NCBI GenBank assembly: GCA_030141605.1
Contig: JAQGDQ010000223.1
Location: 194,204-258,203 of the forward strand
DNA length: 64,000 nucleotides
Direction of reading: 5' to 3'
DNA from: Tubiluchus corallicola
Taxonomy: Eukaryota > Animalia > Priapulida
Shown: positions 36,825 to 48,262 of the stretch, piece by piece
Layout of the letters: the number at the start of each line of letters is the position of its first letter
Numbering within the stretch: position 1 is the stretch's first letter
Translations under genes and position numbers: made by a program
The notes under the pieces: generated by a model
Seen by the model: the letters and a program-made list of their open reading frames with translations, nothing else
What the model was told of the DNA's origin: nothing
Database searches by the model: none

Positions 36825-39800
36825 TTACTACAATTTCTTTTAATTGAACCACTTATGCAACTTAACTGTACGTGTGTGTTCGAAAATAAATGGTGTTACT
36901 AATAATACACACAATTCTTGCAGAATATCTTCAAAAAGAGTGTACAAGACATGTGACATTCTATCTAAATTTTGAATGCCATAAATCGGAGTGAGCATTT
37001 TAAGATACGGAAAATAGTGGAAAAATAGGTAACCGGAACAGCTAACCCAGCACGTCATACCAATAAAAAATGCAAAGCATGACAAGACCCGCTTTTTAGC
37101 TGAGGATCTGAAATTATAGAACAAATGTAGAGCTTCCCATAGCAAGTCCTTTACATTACTCTAAATCCCATATAACTCCCCCTGCAGGGGGTAACAACGA
37201 TGCGGCGTGACCATAGTATGGGCTCTGCAGAATATATCATAAAAAAATTGACACTCCCGATTTTTCTTTTCCTTTGCAAAGTTTTTAGTATTTGGCACTT
37301 CGTAATGCTATTACTTACATATGCAAAAGATTTCGCATATTCTGTGCACTAAAACTGTTGACATAAATTTCTTTCAAAGTGACTACACTACACCTGTACA
37401 CTATTGTGACCACCTTTCCAGGCATATAACATACACACAATTATACATTAAAGGAAAAGTAATGCCGTCTATGAAGTTAGGTTTATTTCAAAGTTCGCAA
37501 AAAATATGAGACACATTTACTAATAATTAGCAAAATCACTTAGAATCACTTTGAAGTCACGATCATTTTAGGCTTCTTCTACCAATGACGTTGTTCAACA
37601 AGTGAAGAAAAGTAGCGCACTGTCAATTTCAGTCAAAAGTATAATGAACTTTTGCAAAAAAGTTTTTTCTTTGTTATATTTTTCCAAGTTTAAGTGATAA
37701 AAACTAAAATAAACCCTACATGCTAAGTGGACTTGTCCTTTCCTTTAAAGTTATTACAGCAGGTAAAGACCTTCATAAATACGTCATAAGGGAAAATAAC
37801 ATTACAATACAATGGACAAATGTTTTCCATTACTGCTTTAGTTTCGAGTTCCTGTTTTGAACTCAGTAACAATTATAATGTAATAATCTAAACTTCTTCA
37901 TGTAGGGGAAAGAAATGACATCTAAGACGAGTCAAGTGAACGAAACGATTGTACCAACCTTTGGCAGGGCATGCATTAGCTGCTTTCTGTCTTTTTCTTC
38001 TTGTAAAAGTTTTCCACCTCGATTATCATAAAACCGGTTTGGATCACTGGCTTTTTCCTAAGAGAATAACAATCATATAACTATACTAAGCAATATCTAA
38101 TATAAATCAGGATACCATACAATTGGCTTAATTTGTTTGCATGAGCTGCTAAAATGCTATCAAAAGACTTACAATCTGACAGAGATGCCACCTAACAGCC
38201 ACGTTTAAAATCACGAAATTACAGGGTTGTCCAGAAAAAAGTTCCCCCAATTGACTCACAACCATGGAATTGTAGGGAATTGTAAAAGACTCATATCACC
38301 ATGTTGCCTAGTTTCTTCTCATTCTAAACATCTAGAAATTTCCATCCTAGATCTCACCAAGTTGTAGCAAAAACATTTTTTGCACGGTGTTCTGGCAATG
38401 AGTAAATTCAGCAACTTTGAAGGTTTTCACCTGCTGCCCCTAAAGGAACCACATGTAGAAAAATCGTCCTAACGGCACCTAAGGGGGAAACTTACTGTTT
38501 GGAAAGAGAACTCGGGCTACATGATGATACGAATCCTTTCACAAATGCCTTTACCATGATGAAGGGTTTCGAGTTAGTTTGCTGAATAACCCATACATAT
38601 TACTATTTGCATTAGTCTGGTGTTTGCATTTGCATTTGCAAAAAGTTGGTGTTATAGTGAGTTTGGTACTACACCAGGGGCATTAATAAATATACTAGCC
38701 AACACTACAAAAAAGTTTGCACATAAACCACAATGTTAAACTATATCACATCCACCACACCACACAGAGGAAACTACTGAAAAATACCAACCACACAAAG
38801 ACACAGTTATTGCACACCGAACCAATGACAAGTTCTCTAACACGCACTGCTGCCTTACATGCAACAGAGCATTTAAAACAAAGCATTGCCTTCATCAACA
38901 TGAAACAATCGACATATCTCTATTCAAATATAGATATTTTTTGTTTTGCGAAAAATATGGGCATTAAGCGAGGTTGCCATTATAAAGGAGGGCATTTCAA
39001 CGAGATTTGACTGTACCTCAAACTCCTGAAATTTATGCCACAAATCCATTCGCTTTTGCACTCCGGCGAAGAGTTTCTCGTGTCTAGCGTACAATTCCTT
39101 CATCTGTTTTACTTCCACTTCATGCTTCTCTAGAAGTTCTTCCGTGCAGTCGTCTGAAAAGAACCACATTTGAAGTCACTTCAGCTGCTTAAACAGTAGA
39201 TTATAAAATTTAGTATAGCTACCACATGAGATTTCATATACCATAGTTTGCCAAGTTATATGAGACATGTGCAGGTATATGTGTGGGGTAATCGACCGGG
39301 GAGCCCAGAAATGTTTAATGTAAAATTCGAGGACAAAAGGCTTGAGCAGCTAAATAGAAGGCACAAGGGCCAAGTTTTAAAAATATGTTTGTCTCATGTT
39401 GTGCAACCAGTCATGAAAGATGAAAGGTCACCTAAAAGTAGCCAAAAAATACTGACCACAGAAAGTGGGGCCAGATCACATTCAAGAATCGAACCTGTGC
39501 CTTTACTAGTGGAAATCACTAAATTCAGGTACAATTTATGCAATTTTTACAATTACTCACCACTGTAAAACTCTTTGAAAGCACTTCGCTGCACTTCACT
39601 AAAGAAACACTTTTCCCACCATTCAGCAAGTTCTGAACGCATCTGTGCAATAAACTGCTTCATGTTTAGAAGCTTTAGTTCTTCACAACGGGCAATTTCA
39701 TTGTTCAGCTAAAGCAGATAACAAACAAAAGAAAAATCAACAGCTGTTATTTGAGACAGCATTATACAAAAAGCTAGTTCTCTCTTGTTCACACTCGCCA

Positions 39801-42800
39801 CGTTTTGATTAATGACAGCAATGCAAGCACTCAGTGTGCAGTTACATTCAAAATATTTGCATGACTCAGACAACACAAAATTCACGAAACAGTACCATTC
39901 ATTAATATATATATATATATACATATATGTATATATTAATGAATGGTACTGTTTCGTGAATATATATATATCGAGTGGAGTAGAAAATATGTGCCGATAT
40001 GCAGACTACAATAACATTAGAAGTGAGAGGCCTACAAAGTTGAAATTTCACAGCATACTCTTACAATGCATTATGTTTCTGGCTGTGAAAGCTATAAGTT
40101 TACAATTTCAGTGGTTTTTAGGTTATGACCGAAAAGCTTTTTCATGATAAAAAATTAATGGCGGAACAAATCAGCTAACATCAACTGAAAAACAGCCACA
40201 TTCAGTGACATTTAAAGTGCTCAGTACATGGAGCAAAACAACAAAAGTATCAACCAGTTTATATAACGGTCTTCAGCACAGAAAATAAGCACTGAAAAAA
40301 GATTTGTTGCCAAGAAAAAAATGGGATCTAGTAGTAATAATAATAATAATAATTTATTAGCCTGACTTCCAGATGACTCGTCAGCTTTGCAGAGTTAAAA
40401 ATACAGTAAGATCACAGAACTAGAAAAATGGTACATTACACAAATTAAAATTTATCAAATTACGTCAAGTGACTAAAATGTACAGATTATGAGTAAACAC
40501 ATGCGAAAATAAAGTGTTTTTGGTCGAGATTTAAAACAAGGAACTGATGGAGACGTTTTGACATGAAGGGGCAGCTAGTTCCAAAGATGCAGGGCAGCAT
40601 AAGCAAATGACTGACCACCACAAGTGGCAAGACTAATCTTTGACACATTCAAATTCTATAGATTACTTGATCTCAACTGCGTACTAGGCATATAGTATGA
40701 AAGTAATGCTGTTAAGTAATTTGGGGCAGCACCATTCATGCACTTGCATACAAGCACCAAGATCTTAAAATTTATAGGGAAGTGCACAGCTATCAGTGTA
40801 ACTGGGCCAAAACTGGAGTTATGTGATTGAATCTTTTTGTATGAGAGATCAAAAGCGGAGCAGCATTTTTAATAATTTTGCAATTTTAGTAAATGCCAAT
40901 CTGATCCACCAGAGAGGAGAGAATTGCAATAGCTTAGTCGACTTGTAAGAAATGCCTGAATGACCTGTTCCGAAGTTGGTTTGTCAAGAAAATATCTCAT
41001 TATACTAATATTCAGCTAATCATCCGGATTACTCAATATTACTCAGCTAGTCATCTTAGTTACTCAATATTACTCAGCTAGGCTTCTATATTCAGTATAT
41101 GGAATTCCATTAAAGAGAAAATGTACGACGGCACATAGACCCATTTGGCACAAATGAACTAAAAGCAAAAATAGTTGAATGCTATAATCAAATACCCCTT
41201 AAAGAAGTAAAAAACTGTATCAGCTGTTAGAAGAAATGCGTTCGTCTAGTTTACAGTGAGTGTGGCGGACACATAGAGCACTTGCTGCAAATTTTACCAA
41301 TGGTGACTCACAAAAAATTTTCGGCATTTTAAGAAATTGACTTATCGTTCTAAAGCTTCTATAACTTTCGAAAAATCTAAGAGAACAGACTAAAATTTTT
41401 GGTGTTCATACAAAAGCGTCAGTAACATCAGTGTGGTAACTTTCAACTGATCCCATTATTTTCCTCTTACAACATCGCGATCAAAACTTCTAAAAGATTG
41501 CTATCTATTAATGTCTCTATCTATAATCTACGGTATCACTAGAATACTCTAATAACTACTATAACTAGAGTAAGTGAACTCTAATTAATATAAAGTATAT
41601 ATAATGGAACTAGGAAACACATTTAAATTACAGATCATTACACAGTCCTTGACTCCTAGTAAAACAAAATCTGTTTACCGCCTTCATAACACTAGGTTTG
41701 CATCCAGAATTTACAGCTAAAAATTCCTCCCGTTCTCCAGCTGGGATGGCTAATCGGCCCCAGAGGGAGTCTAGCTTTTCTCTCAGCTCTGACATGTGAG
41801 CCAAATGTTTTTCCTTTCTTGTAATTAGCTGAAACAGAATTCAAACGTGCAGAAAAGACTGCTGTAAAATTCGATCACACTGATATTTTTAAAGGATAAA
41901 CAAACATAATTAAGAACCTATTTCATTTTAAAGTCATTGAGGAAGTCATAAATTGGTGTAGTAATCACTAAAAACAAAAAAACAGCTAGAAATGATACTT
42001 AAAACAAACCGTAATAAACTGGAAACACATCAACACTAGCAAACTAACACTAGTTTTGCAAACTAAACTGGGCTTAAAAATATGGTCAGACAATGTTATA
42101 ATGTTAAAAATAACTGGTGTAGAAGTACATTCTCAAAAATATGTTTGTTTGTTTGTTTACTACTTAGAGAAAAATACCGTTACAATTATGTACATAGATA
42201 TAACTACAACTACACAGCAGTTCTTAAACAAATGGAAAAAACTTACTGACAATTATTTATCAAGCAAGTAATTAATATGTGAACAATTAATATTCAACTG
42301 CCGAACTAAAAGCTAGAACTTTTAAAACACAACTGCAATGCACGCTATGTTGTTAGGTATTAGTGACAGAATAAGAGATGAGCAATGAAAGGGATGACAT
42401 GACAGTAAAATAGGGATGAACAATCGACATTGTGACAATCAATTAATCCCTTTGTTACCTCTTGATGAAATGCAGCTAAGGCGGTCATATTATCACCGGA
42501 CAATATAAATGAATCATCGTCTTCACAAACAACATCACGCTCGAATGTTGTGTTTGGAGTTTCTTCCAAATCATCTAGTATGTTTGAAATGTCATTTTTT
42601 GTGGCCAGAAATGTAGCAAACCTGCGTTTCTGAAAGAAGCAAAATAATTTATTTATTTAATTGCAGTCCGTTAATTATTTAAATAACAAGTCTGACCATA
42701 CCTTACTTTACACATTTCAAATCCAAAAAAGCCAAATAACTCAGACTGGTATAACTTGAATTCTTGCATATCTCGAACAGATGTCTTGGAAAGGATTTTC

Positions 42801-45800
42801 CCTTTCGTTTTTCTCTTTAAAAAAATCATGTAACTTGAAATCTGTAACGTGAATTATCGCGTAACTTAAACCGAATTCCCGGTACAATTCTTAAGAATCT
42901 GACTGAAATTACCTCGCCTATCTCGAACAGTTCCCTAACCTATAAGAAAGTGTGCACCAAATTTTGACTTTAACTGTTAGTTTCAACAAAAATGCCAAAA
43001 TTTCTTGTAGTACATTAGCAGCATACTGAACTCAACATGGCTTGACAAACGTGGATTTAATGTAGATCACAATATTATTATTGCTGAATTCTCACTCAGA
43101 CTACACTAGAGATGGGCCAGTTATTATATTTTTGATTATTCATAAAAAACTGTTTTTGTCATTTTCACAGGCTATAGTGTTACTAGTGTACTGTCCGACG
43201 TTGATGAGTGACTCAATCATTACGAACATTGTCTAACCAGTACTCTCGTATAATTTGAACAAATTTTCGGGTCCAGAGTTGTTCAAGTTGTACAGAGTTT
43301 ACTGTAGTTATTGAAGTGTCCGCCATAATTTTAATAAACAATTTGATGACTGTGTGCATTGCACTGTGCTGGCAAAAGTATGAATGTTAAAAAATCTCAA
43401 GTGACCTGTTCACTAGTTGCATCATCTACATGTAGCTGAAAGACCTCTAACTGCTCTTCTGTTGGTACCGGGCACGGCGACATGTAATATGGAGTGGTGC
43501 CAAGCTTTTCCGAAAGCTGACGATCTTTCTCTTTAAGTTTCTTCAAACGTAGTAGACGCCGCTGCTTTATCGCATTTAGATCGTCTCTTTTTGACCGCAT
43601 TACCCACTCCAGCTGCAGTAAGGTGAGACCATCTTCTGGCTATAACAAAAATGAAATAAGAAATAAGCTTGCCTTAAAATCTTAATGTGTCAAAGTTTTT
43701 TATTTACAAAAAATTGTACTTTTATTTCCAAGGACTGGTTCAACCATAAACCAAGGTAGCCACTATTAGTCAGAAGAAGAAGTATTATGACAAGACGTAT
43801 AGAAGTACTAAGGCTGTAGTCCTGGCACAACTCCACACTGACTTTTGCAGTAACTCAGCTGATTAATCTGTTTCTTGTTTGCATTCTTATGTGAATCTAA
43901 TCTTCATTTTCGTCATCATCACATTTGCTTTTCATTGTCATTTTCTTGCCCTTTCTATCACCCTAGTGATTTCGTTCTCCTTATTTATTTTATTTCACAC
44001 ATTCTACATTTTTTATTTCCATTTTGCCTTGTACTTAGGCCTTTACAAGTTTATCTTCTTAGTGTGGGCCGATTTCCAAATATCTTGTAAAATTTCAAAT
44101 ACTGTCTTGTTTGTTGTAGGAAAAGTGTGAATTGTAATGTATGCAACAATGTACATAATATCGTGGCATTTTGGAAAAATAAACAAAAACTAAACTAATA
44201 TAAAAAAAAACACAAGTCGCATTTGAAAATGTAAACAAATCTCAGCCATTACACAACTTATTTGCAACATTATTTGGCCCTTTCAGCCATTTTCAAAGGG
44301 CCATAACTTTTGAACTGTTGGCCCTATTTCCCTAAAAATTTGGATTTTTGCATTTCTCCACAAGCCAAACCAACACACCAATTTGCATTAAAATCTGTGA
44401 CATAAGGGTGTTTATCAGAAAAAATATTGGGTGATTTGAGGTGGAATGGCCCAAACCACACATTAAACACCATCATAAAACATATCATGATATATCGATA
44501 CTTCAATGTTACAGGCACCATTATAGGCCTACTTGTTAATGTCCCTCTTTGCTGTTAAATTTAACTATAAGTATAATTTGTTTCAATATACAATAATTTT
44601 CGATTCTGAACAATTTGGCGAAAAATACAATAATTTTTAGCCACTAATTCAATAATCAGCATCGTACAAAACGTAACTGGTGCTATATTTGTGAATTCTA
44701 AAACTTGTATGCAAGTCTCTAATTGCCCCGCAGATTTTGTTAACTTTTTCTACCTATCAAAAGGTTTTCATTCAGTACCTGAAATGGTAGCACATGTAAG
44801 TCATTGCTAAGTTGCAGCAAGTCATCTCCACATGTTTGCACACTTCTTAAGAGCTTTGTTTTTAAATCATTCTCCTCTGCAACCATCTTGTCTAAAATGT
44901 TGCGCAAGTGATCTTCAACCACCTGCAATTAACAATAATGATAATGTAAACAACAACAGAGAATTGGTCTAACAAATTTGCACAGAAATTGTAAAATATT
45001 CAATTTACGTCAAACTATTGAGGCTAAAATAGCAGCCAGCGAAAAATGAAAAAGATTCGGATCCTGTTCGGAATCAGTTTTCTAGAATCTACACACTCCT
45101 AAGCACAAAAATGCTGTACCTGGGTTCGTTCTGAACGTTGAGCATCTTCTATTCCGATTTCGTTCCAAATGACCTCCAGACGTTCAAGGTCAGGTTCCAA
45201 AGTTGAGATAACTTTGTCTTTTATTGTTTCCCTATGTACAAGTCAAAGATATGATTTTTACATATCCCTTTTGAAATTAGTCAAATTATACAGCTATTTT
45301 GCACACCAGCACAAAATATACTAGTCAGCTTAATTGCTAATGCTCATTTTTTCATACAATACATAATACATATACAATAGTTTCTCCTTTACATTTGCTA
45401 GAAAAAACTAATTTTAAAGTAATTGAGATAAACGTGTTGTTCTTAAACAGGGAACTTAATTCGACACCTGGTCGCAATAATATCGTACTTTAGCATCATG
45501 ATCATAGCACTCTCTTCACACGAATCAATAGTTTTAACAGTCTACAAAGTTACAAGCATGTTGTTAACAAACAAAGATTAGTTCAGATCACAGTTTTCTT
45601 GTAGGCCTACCTCATTTGACAATTACGCAAACAGGTATCAATAAAATCTAGTTTATTAATCAGATCTATTAATAAAATTTTACAAGAAATGATATTTTTG
45701 CATGATGTGTACTAACTATGGCACAACCATTAGAACCACCAATTAAACTTTAAACATAATAACATACACTTAAATTTTGATTTACTTACTTTGTGATACT

Positions 45801-45812
45801 GGTGGACTGCAT
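21022..45812 (-). CDS. PRC1: Protein regulator of cytokinesis 1 (MAP65/Ase1 family), 14 coding exons, ~595 aa
   Basis: In-frame GT-AG exons: 45790-45812, 45120-45231, 44779-44922, 43406-43639, 42459-42629, 41679-41828, 39561-39708, 39017-39153, 37959-38057, 36265-36411, 34032-34142, 24006-24077, 22766-22921, 21022-21105 (1788 nt). Motifs [69 protein letters not shown] and C-terminal GYMEF match PRC1 as recalled. Confidence 0.93.
22766..22921 (-). CDS. PRC1: PRC1 coding exon 13
   Basis: [19 protein letters not shown]...[13 protein letters not shown]|GTAAGT; YxEF motif as in the PRC1 C-terminus. Confidence 0.82.
23121..23603. mobile_element. pogo/Tigger-like MITE
   Basis: TA flanks; TIRs CAGTTGACCTTGGATATAAGG / CCTTATATCCGAGGTTGACTG; many subterminal GGATATAAGGG repeats. 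Confidence 0.88.
24006..24077 (-). CDS. PRC1: PRC1 coding exon 12
   Basis: ttccAG|[24 protein letters not shown]|GTATAA; phase 0/0. Confidence 0.75.
24379..24602 (+). promoter_or_regulatory. Putative ODAD4 promoter: CRE, RFX X-box-like motif and forkhead (FOXJ1-type) motif
   Basis: TGACGTCA at 24379-24386, GTTGCTATAGCGCC at 24578-24591 and TGTAAACA at 24595-24602, in a locally GC/CpG-richer patch 80-300 bp upstream of the ATG. Confidence 0.6.
24684..24887 (+). CDS. ODAD4: ODAD4/TTC25 coding exon 1
   Basis: ATG at 24684, 204 nt, phase-0 donor AAG|GTACGT. Confidence 0.9.
24684..28032 (+). CDS. ODAD4: Outer dynein arm docking complex subunit 4 / TPR protein TTC25, 2 exons (24684-24887, 26326-28032), ~636 aa, nested in PRC1 intron 11
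   Basis: Exon 1 ...[11 protein letters not shown]...[10 protein letters not shown]|GTACGT joins tacAG|[15 protein letters not shown]...[31 protein letters not shown]...QEAINNSIG, then [47 protein letters not shown] and [13 protein letters not shown], all TTC25 hallmarks; AATAAA at 28275-28280. Confidence 0.94.
26326..28032 (+). CDS. ODAD4: ODAD4/TTC25 coding exon 2
   Basis: Acceptor cttacAG ends at 26325, in frame with the 527-aa ORF; 1707 nt including TGA. Confidence 0.93.
   Translation: MNNLEAALEDAEASLRNDKTYIQGIYQKAECLYALGEFEFALVFYHRGNKLRPELEKFQMGIWKCQEAINNSIGTSKSVSLRETYPSSQEKEVGSTASLIKTCPSQLLRSYGSQASTQEEIHKQRKPKERKNTEKNTKQLLGELYVDKKYLEAVKRNGNITRGKSASILKVRKLIDDGLQYLDTRTDFWRQQKPIFARQRDKRAAQKRYSHIIKRQHSKAVQEILKYLDDIDEFQEQGNYKECVKLVKETVNGLNTIPETDCPNKQAILGVLFSYIGNAYLELGHSSKAICYHKKDLSLAEKFDLQDGISRSLDNLGRVYARIGKYSEAINIWERKVPRIQSDQEMMWLCHECGRCYLELDKNEQALNHGRKSLESAVRGDDTFWVMNASVLIGQSLLKLQDYKQAEEYLQRALEAAELVKDVPAQRAIQKVLCEAKQNSHTSTGTVPSTEHMNSKAETSGVQKDTSSFLSDTEQNLHTDTDTVSSIKSIDSSAEASTVLHNSSNDQTDTNHGSTDTVPSTGATPSSAKTSAVGEYSSTFQDEPESELGSPLDQGKSEGTSESSQEAN
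30464..30535 (+). pseudogene. tRNA-Thr(TGT)-like pseudogene
   Basis: 72-nt cloverleaf spacing, 7-bp acceptor stem AACACGG/CTGTGTT, loop TTTGTAA, mutated T-loop TGCAAAT, broken anticodon stem, downstream TTTTT. Confidence 0.55.
31270..31915. repeat. Old ~250-bp tandem repeat, about 2.5-3 units
   Basis: AGCTGA.TCA...CAC/CTCCATCCT.GA recurs near 31275, 31521 and 31782. Confidence 0.65.
33338..33516. repeat. ~103-bp tandem duplication
   Basis: CTATTTCAG...TAAAAACCCTGCAG.AAAA...TAAAGCATG...TAAACAAT occurs twice. Confidence 0.75.
34032..34142 (-). CDS. PRC1: PRC1 coding exon 11
   Basis: [37 protein letters not shown] (CDK-type S/T-P sites). Confidence 0.9.
35256..36119. mobile_element. PIF/Harbinger non-autonomous element with transposase remnant
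   Basis: TTA flanks; TIRs GGCCAATGTCACACAGA / TCTGTGTGACATGGAC; subterminal GCCATAA repeats; internal [27 protein letters not shown] (35576-35656) resembles the Harbinger transposase N-terminal motif. Confidence 0.8.
36265..36411 (-). CDS. PRC1: PRC1 coding exon 10
   Basis: [24 protein letters not shown]...QER|GTAAGC. Confidence 0.92.
36719..36830. repeat. (CTA)n microsatellite
   Basis: Seen directly; explains the poly-Leu ORF. Confidence 0.97.
37959..38057 (-). CDS. PRC1: PRC1 coding exon 9
   Basis: [33 protein letters not shown] (MAP65/Ase1 signature). Confidence 0.93.
38220..38594. mobile_element. Tc1/mariner-like MITE with long degenerate TIRs
   Basis: TA|CAGGGTTGTCCAGAAAA vs TTTGCTGAATAACCCATA; internal inverted match ATTGTAAAAGACTCATATCACCATG / CATGATGATACGAATCCTTTCACAAAT. 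Confidence 0.6.
39017..39153 (-). CDS. PRC1: PRC1 coding exon 8
   Basis: [15 protein letters not shown]...LWHKFQEFE. Confidence 0.92.
39561..39708 (-). CDS. PRC1: PRC1 coding exon 7
   Basis: [20 protein letters not shown]...[12 protein letters not shown]...FYS|GTGAGT. Confidence 0.92.
39880..39961. repeat. Perfect ~31-bp inverted repeat around (TA)n
   Basis: ATTCACGAAACAGTACCATTCATTAATATAT and its reverse complement. Confidence 0.9.
40333..41010 (-). mobile_element. L2-type LINE 3' end, degenerate, in a PRC1 intron
   Basis: Minus-strand remnants [53 protein letters not shown]; ends in AATAAA plus an (ATT)n tail. Confidence 0.85.
41679..41828 (-). CDS. PRC1: PRC1 coding exon 6
   Basis: LITRKEKH...[15 protein letters not shown]...KPSVMKA. 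Confidence 0.9.
42459..42629 (-). CDS. PRC1: PRC1 coding exon 5
   Basis: KRRFATF...[24 protein letters not shown]...HQE. Confidence 0.9.
42735..43304. mobile_element. Degenerate Tigger-like MITE
   Basis: Right end GTTCAAGTTGTACAGAGTTTACTG|TA; left end decayed, with TATAACTTGAA / TATCTCGAAC subterminal repeats. Confidence 0.6.
43406..43639 (-). CDS. PRC1: PRC1 coding exon 4
   Basis: [17 protein letters not shown]...VPTEEQL...SEQ. Confidence 0.9.
44779..44922 (-). CDS. PRC1: PRC1 coding exon 3
   Basis: [21 protein letters not shown]...LPFQ. Confidence 0.9.
45120..45231 (-). CDS. PRC1: PRC1 coding exon 2
   Basis: [37 protein letters not shown]. Confidence 0.88.
45790..45812 (-). CDS. PRC1: PRC1 first coding exon (MQSTSITK)
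   Basis: ATG at 45812; phase-2 donor AA|GTAAGT matches the next exon; upstream acceptor ttgcAG at 45921-45922. Confidence 0.7.
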
Positions 45813-48137
45813 TTTTATTTATCCTTGCAATAAAAATTCACTGTAGCTCAGCCTTTGTGTGGTAGTTCAACCTACGCTACATATTTGCACGGTTTTTTGA
45901 CCGCCATTCACTTTTGAGGTCTGCAAGAATTAAATATTTAAGAAACAATTAATGCTGGACATCAGATTACGATCCAGTGTATTGACTACTGCAGAGAAAC
46001 TTTGTAAAAAGAGCAAAATCTATAAAATTTCACGTACAACTTAATAAGATGCCCTGAAGTTTTATATCATCTGAATATGACCTTGTGGTTCACAAGTAAT
46101 GCTCTCTAAAAATCAAAATCACTAAGAGGCTACTAAGTGCAGCAATGCAGCCATTTCATGGCCCACTGGCTGTATTTTGTGTTTGTTAAGTAAAAAAGCG
46201 AGTTTGTTTTGTTTTAGAAAAAATGCATTTGTACATTAAGTGAAAAGCTGTCTGTGCATAAATCTCTAGATCAGGTAATGCAAATTTGCAATTACATCAT
46301 TTGTCAACCTATGCACAATTGTACCATTCGTGGATCATATATTTGAGCTAGTACTTCATTTAATCTATATGTACAACTTATTATAATGAACTTAATGATA
46401 TACATGGAACTTATTTACTACATACCTTTATGTGCATCGTAAAATTTCTCATTTCGTTTTATTTGTCGGAAAATAACATTTGGCTAATGTTATCTTTGAA
46501 ATATTCGACAACAAATAAAATTTTTTTACTACTACTACTACTGCTACTACATAATAAAAACAAAATACTAGACAACAGACACTGTTTGCGTGGCTGTGCC
46601 GATCACGGATTTATGGATACATTTCAATGTACATAAAGTGTCAGTTGGGTTTTCTATAATCTTCATTTTAATACTCTTCTACTAATTACGTGTATTACTA
46701 AAGACTTAATACTTAGGTGGCCTTGCATAAGTCCGCTTCTTAGGTCTACTGGGAATTTAGTACTGTTGTACTAATGACATAACTTTTGTACATACTGTTG
46801 TACTAAGGATTTTATTATTATTATTAATCATCATAAATTTAAATATGTGAGGTTATAACAATTACATGCGTGCATTTTATTGCCCAATTTTTGTAGCCTG
46901 TAACTGCTGTAAGTGTACTTAAATATTATTCTTCAAATAATCCTGTGACATGTAGCACATTTCTGTATGTTATTTATTATTTTAGCTAGTATGTGAGTGT
47001 AGTAAATCCCTTAGTGGGTATTCTCTCTGTAGTATAAATGCTGAGAATAGTATAATGACACTATTTTTGTCTTAAATGAAATTGCAATATTTGTATATAA
47101 GATATATTTGAATATTGCAGGGATGTAAACGTAAAACTTGGTAGCTTTTGAGACCACTTTATCTTGAAGAATACCCTTAGAACTTACAGATGACAATAAT
47201 ACACTTTGCCCAACTGTGTACATGATAAATTTCTAATGCTTTACGTAAATTAATAATTGACAATTGTTCCATGCTGATGATGTATTTATGTAGGACCAGT
47301 TTTCTATGCAAACCTGTTACATGTCTCAAATTTACAAATCTATTTTAATATTATCAGGCTAACCTATTCTTTAATTTGACTTGCCAATTAATAATTTAAG
47401 CTACCTTAGTTAACTATTTTCATGAAGAAATTGTTGTCTCATGTTTAGTGTAGAAATTTACATAAACATACTAAAAAAAGGGTTGTATATCAGATACATA
47501 ATTATGAACTGATGAGTGTGAACGTTTTATTATTATTGTAGTAATTTGTATCTTCAGTTTTTTGCATTCCATTGTCATTTTTATTTAAAAATGTGCTTTG
47601 TAGAAAATCTGTTATATTGCTGTGCTAGATTCTAGCTACGAATAATCTATAAAAAAAACTATTGTGGGTAATTAAACTGATGGAGCTAGCTAAAGGCAGG
47701 CGTATTGTAATTAAGCTTTGATTTGTTTGTACTCTGTCAAGTTATGTGACCGCATATACCAATAAAAGATGTATGATTATGAATATGAATACACTTCCCG
47801 TAACGTATGAAATACGCAATGGTCATTGGTCACGATTGAATTATTGCAATATACGAATTGAGATGAAATTAAAATTGTAGTTAAGTAATTTTCTGGAAGC
47901 AGTTGCTGGCCTTATCATAAGACCTGTTACAGTCTAGTTTTCAATGTCAACGCCGAAAAAACTTGTTTGGTTATTCTAAATCACTGCTCTTTGCCAAGTG
48001 CCACATCGTGGCATTCTTCATGTTCCGACTCGGGCTTTAAGACAAATTAACACATAAATATTACAAAGAACAGTAACAAATTCTTGCAAAATGCCCTTCA
48101 GTAAAAAACGGACTACTCAAGAAATAGTAAACACTCT

Positions 48138-48262
48138 ACTTACGATACATTTAAGCAAAACGCTCATTTTAATTCAAAATTTGTGCCTTTTTGTCATAAT
48201 TTTTCAGCGCGCCCTCTTTTAGCGCTAGTTGCAAACTTTCTGCAGTGGCATCATTTTTCCCG
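48138..48262 (-). promoter_or_regulatory. Putative PRC1 promoter and short non-coding first exon with CHR-like element
   Basis: Minus-strand donor GTAAGT at 48138-48143; TTTGAA (minus) at 48173-48178; GCGCGCC at 48207-48213; E2F-like TTTCCCG at 48256-48262. Confidence 0.4.

Noticed and set aside
36648-36902. Poly-Leu ORF resembling a membrane protein
   Set aside because: (CTA)n microsatellite.
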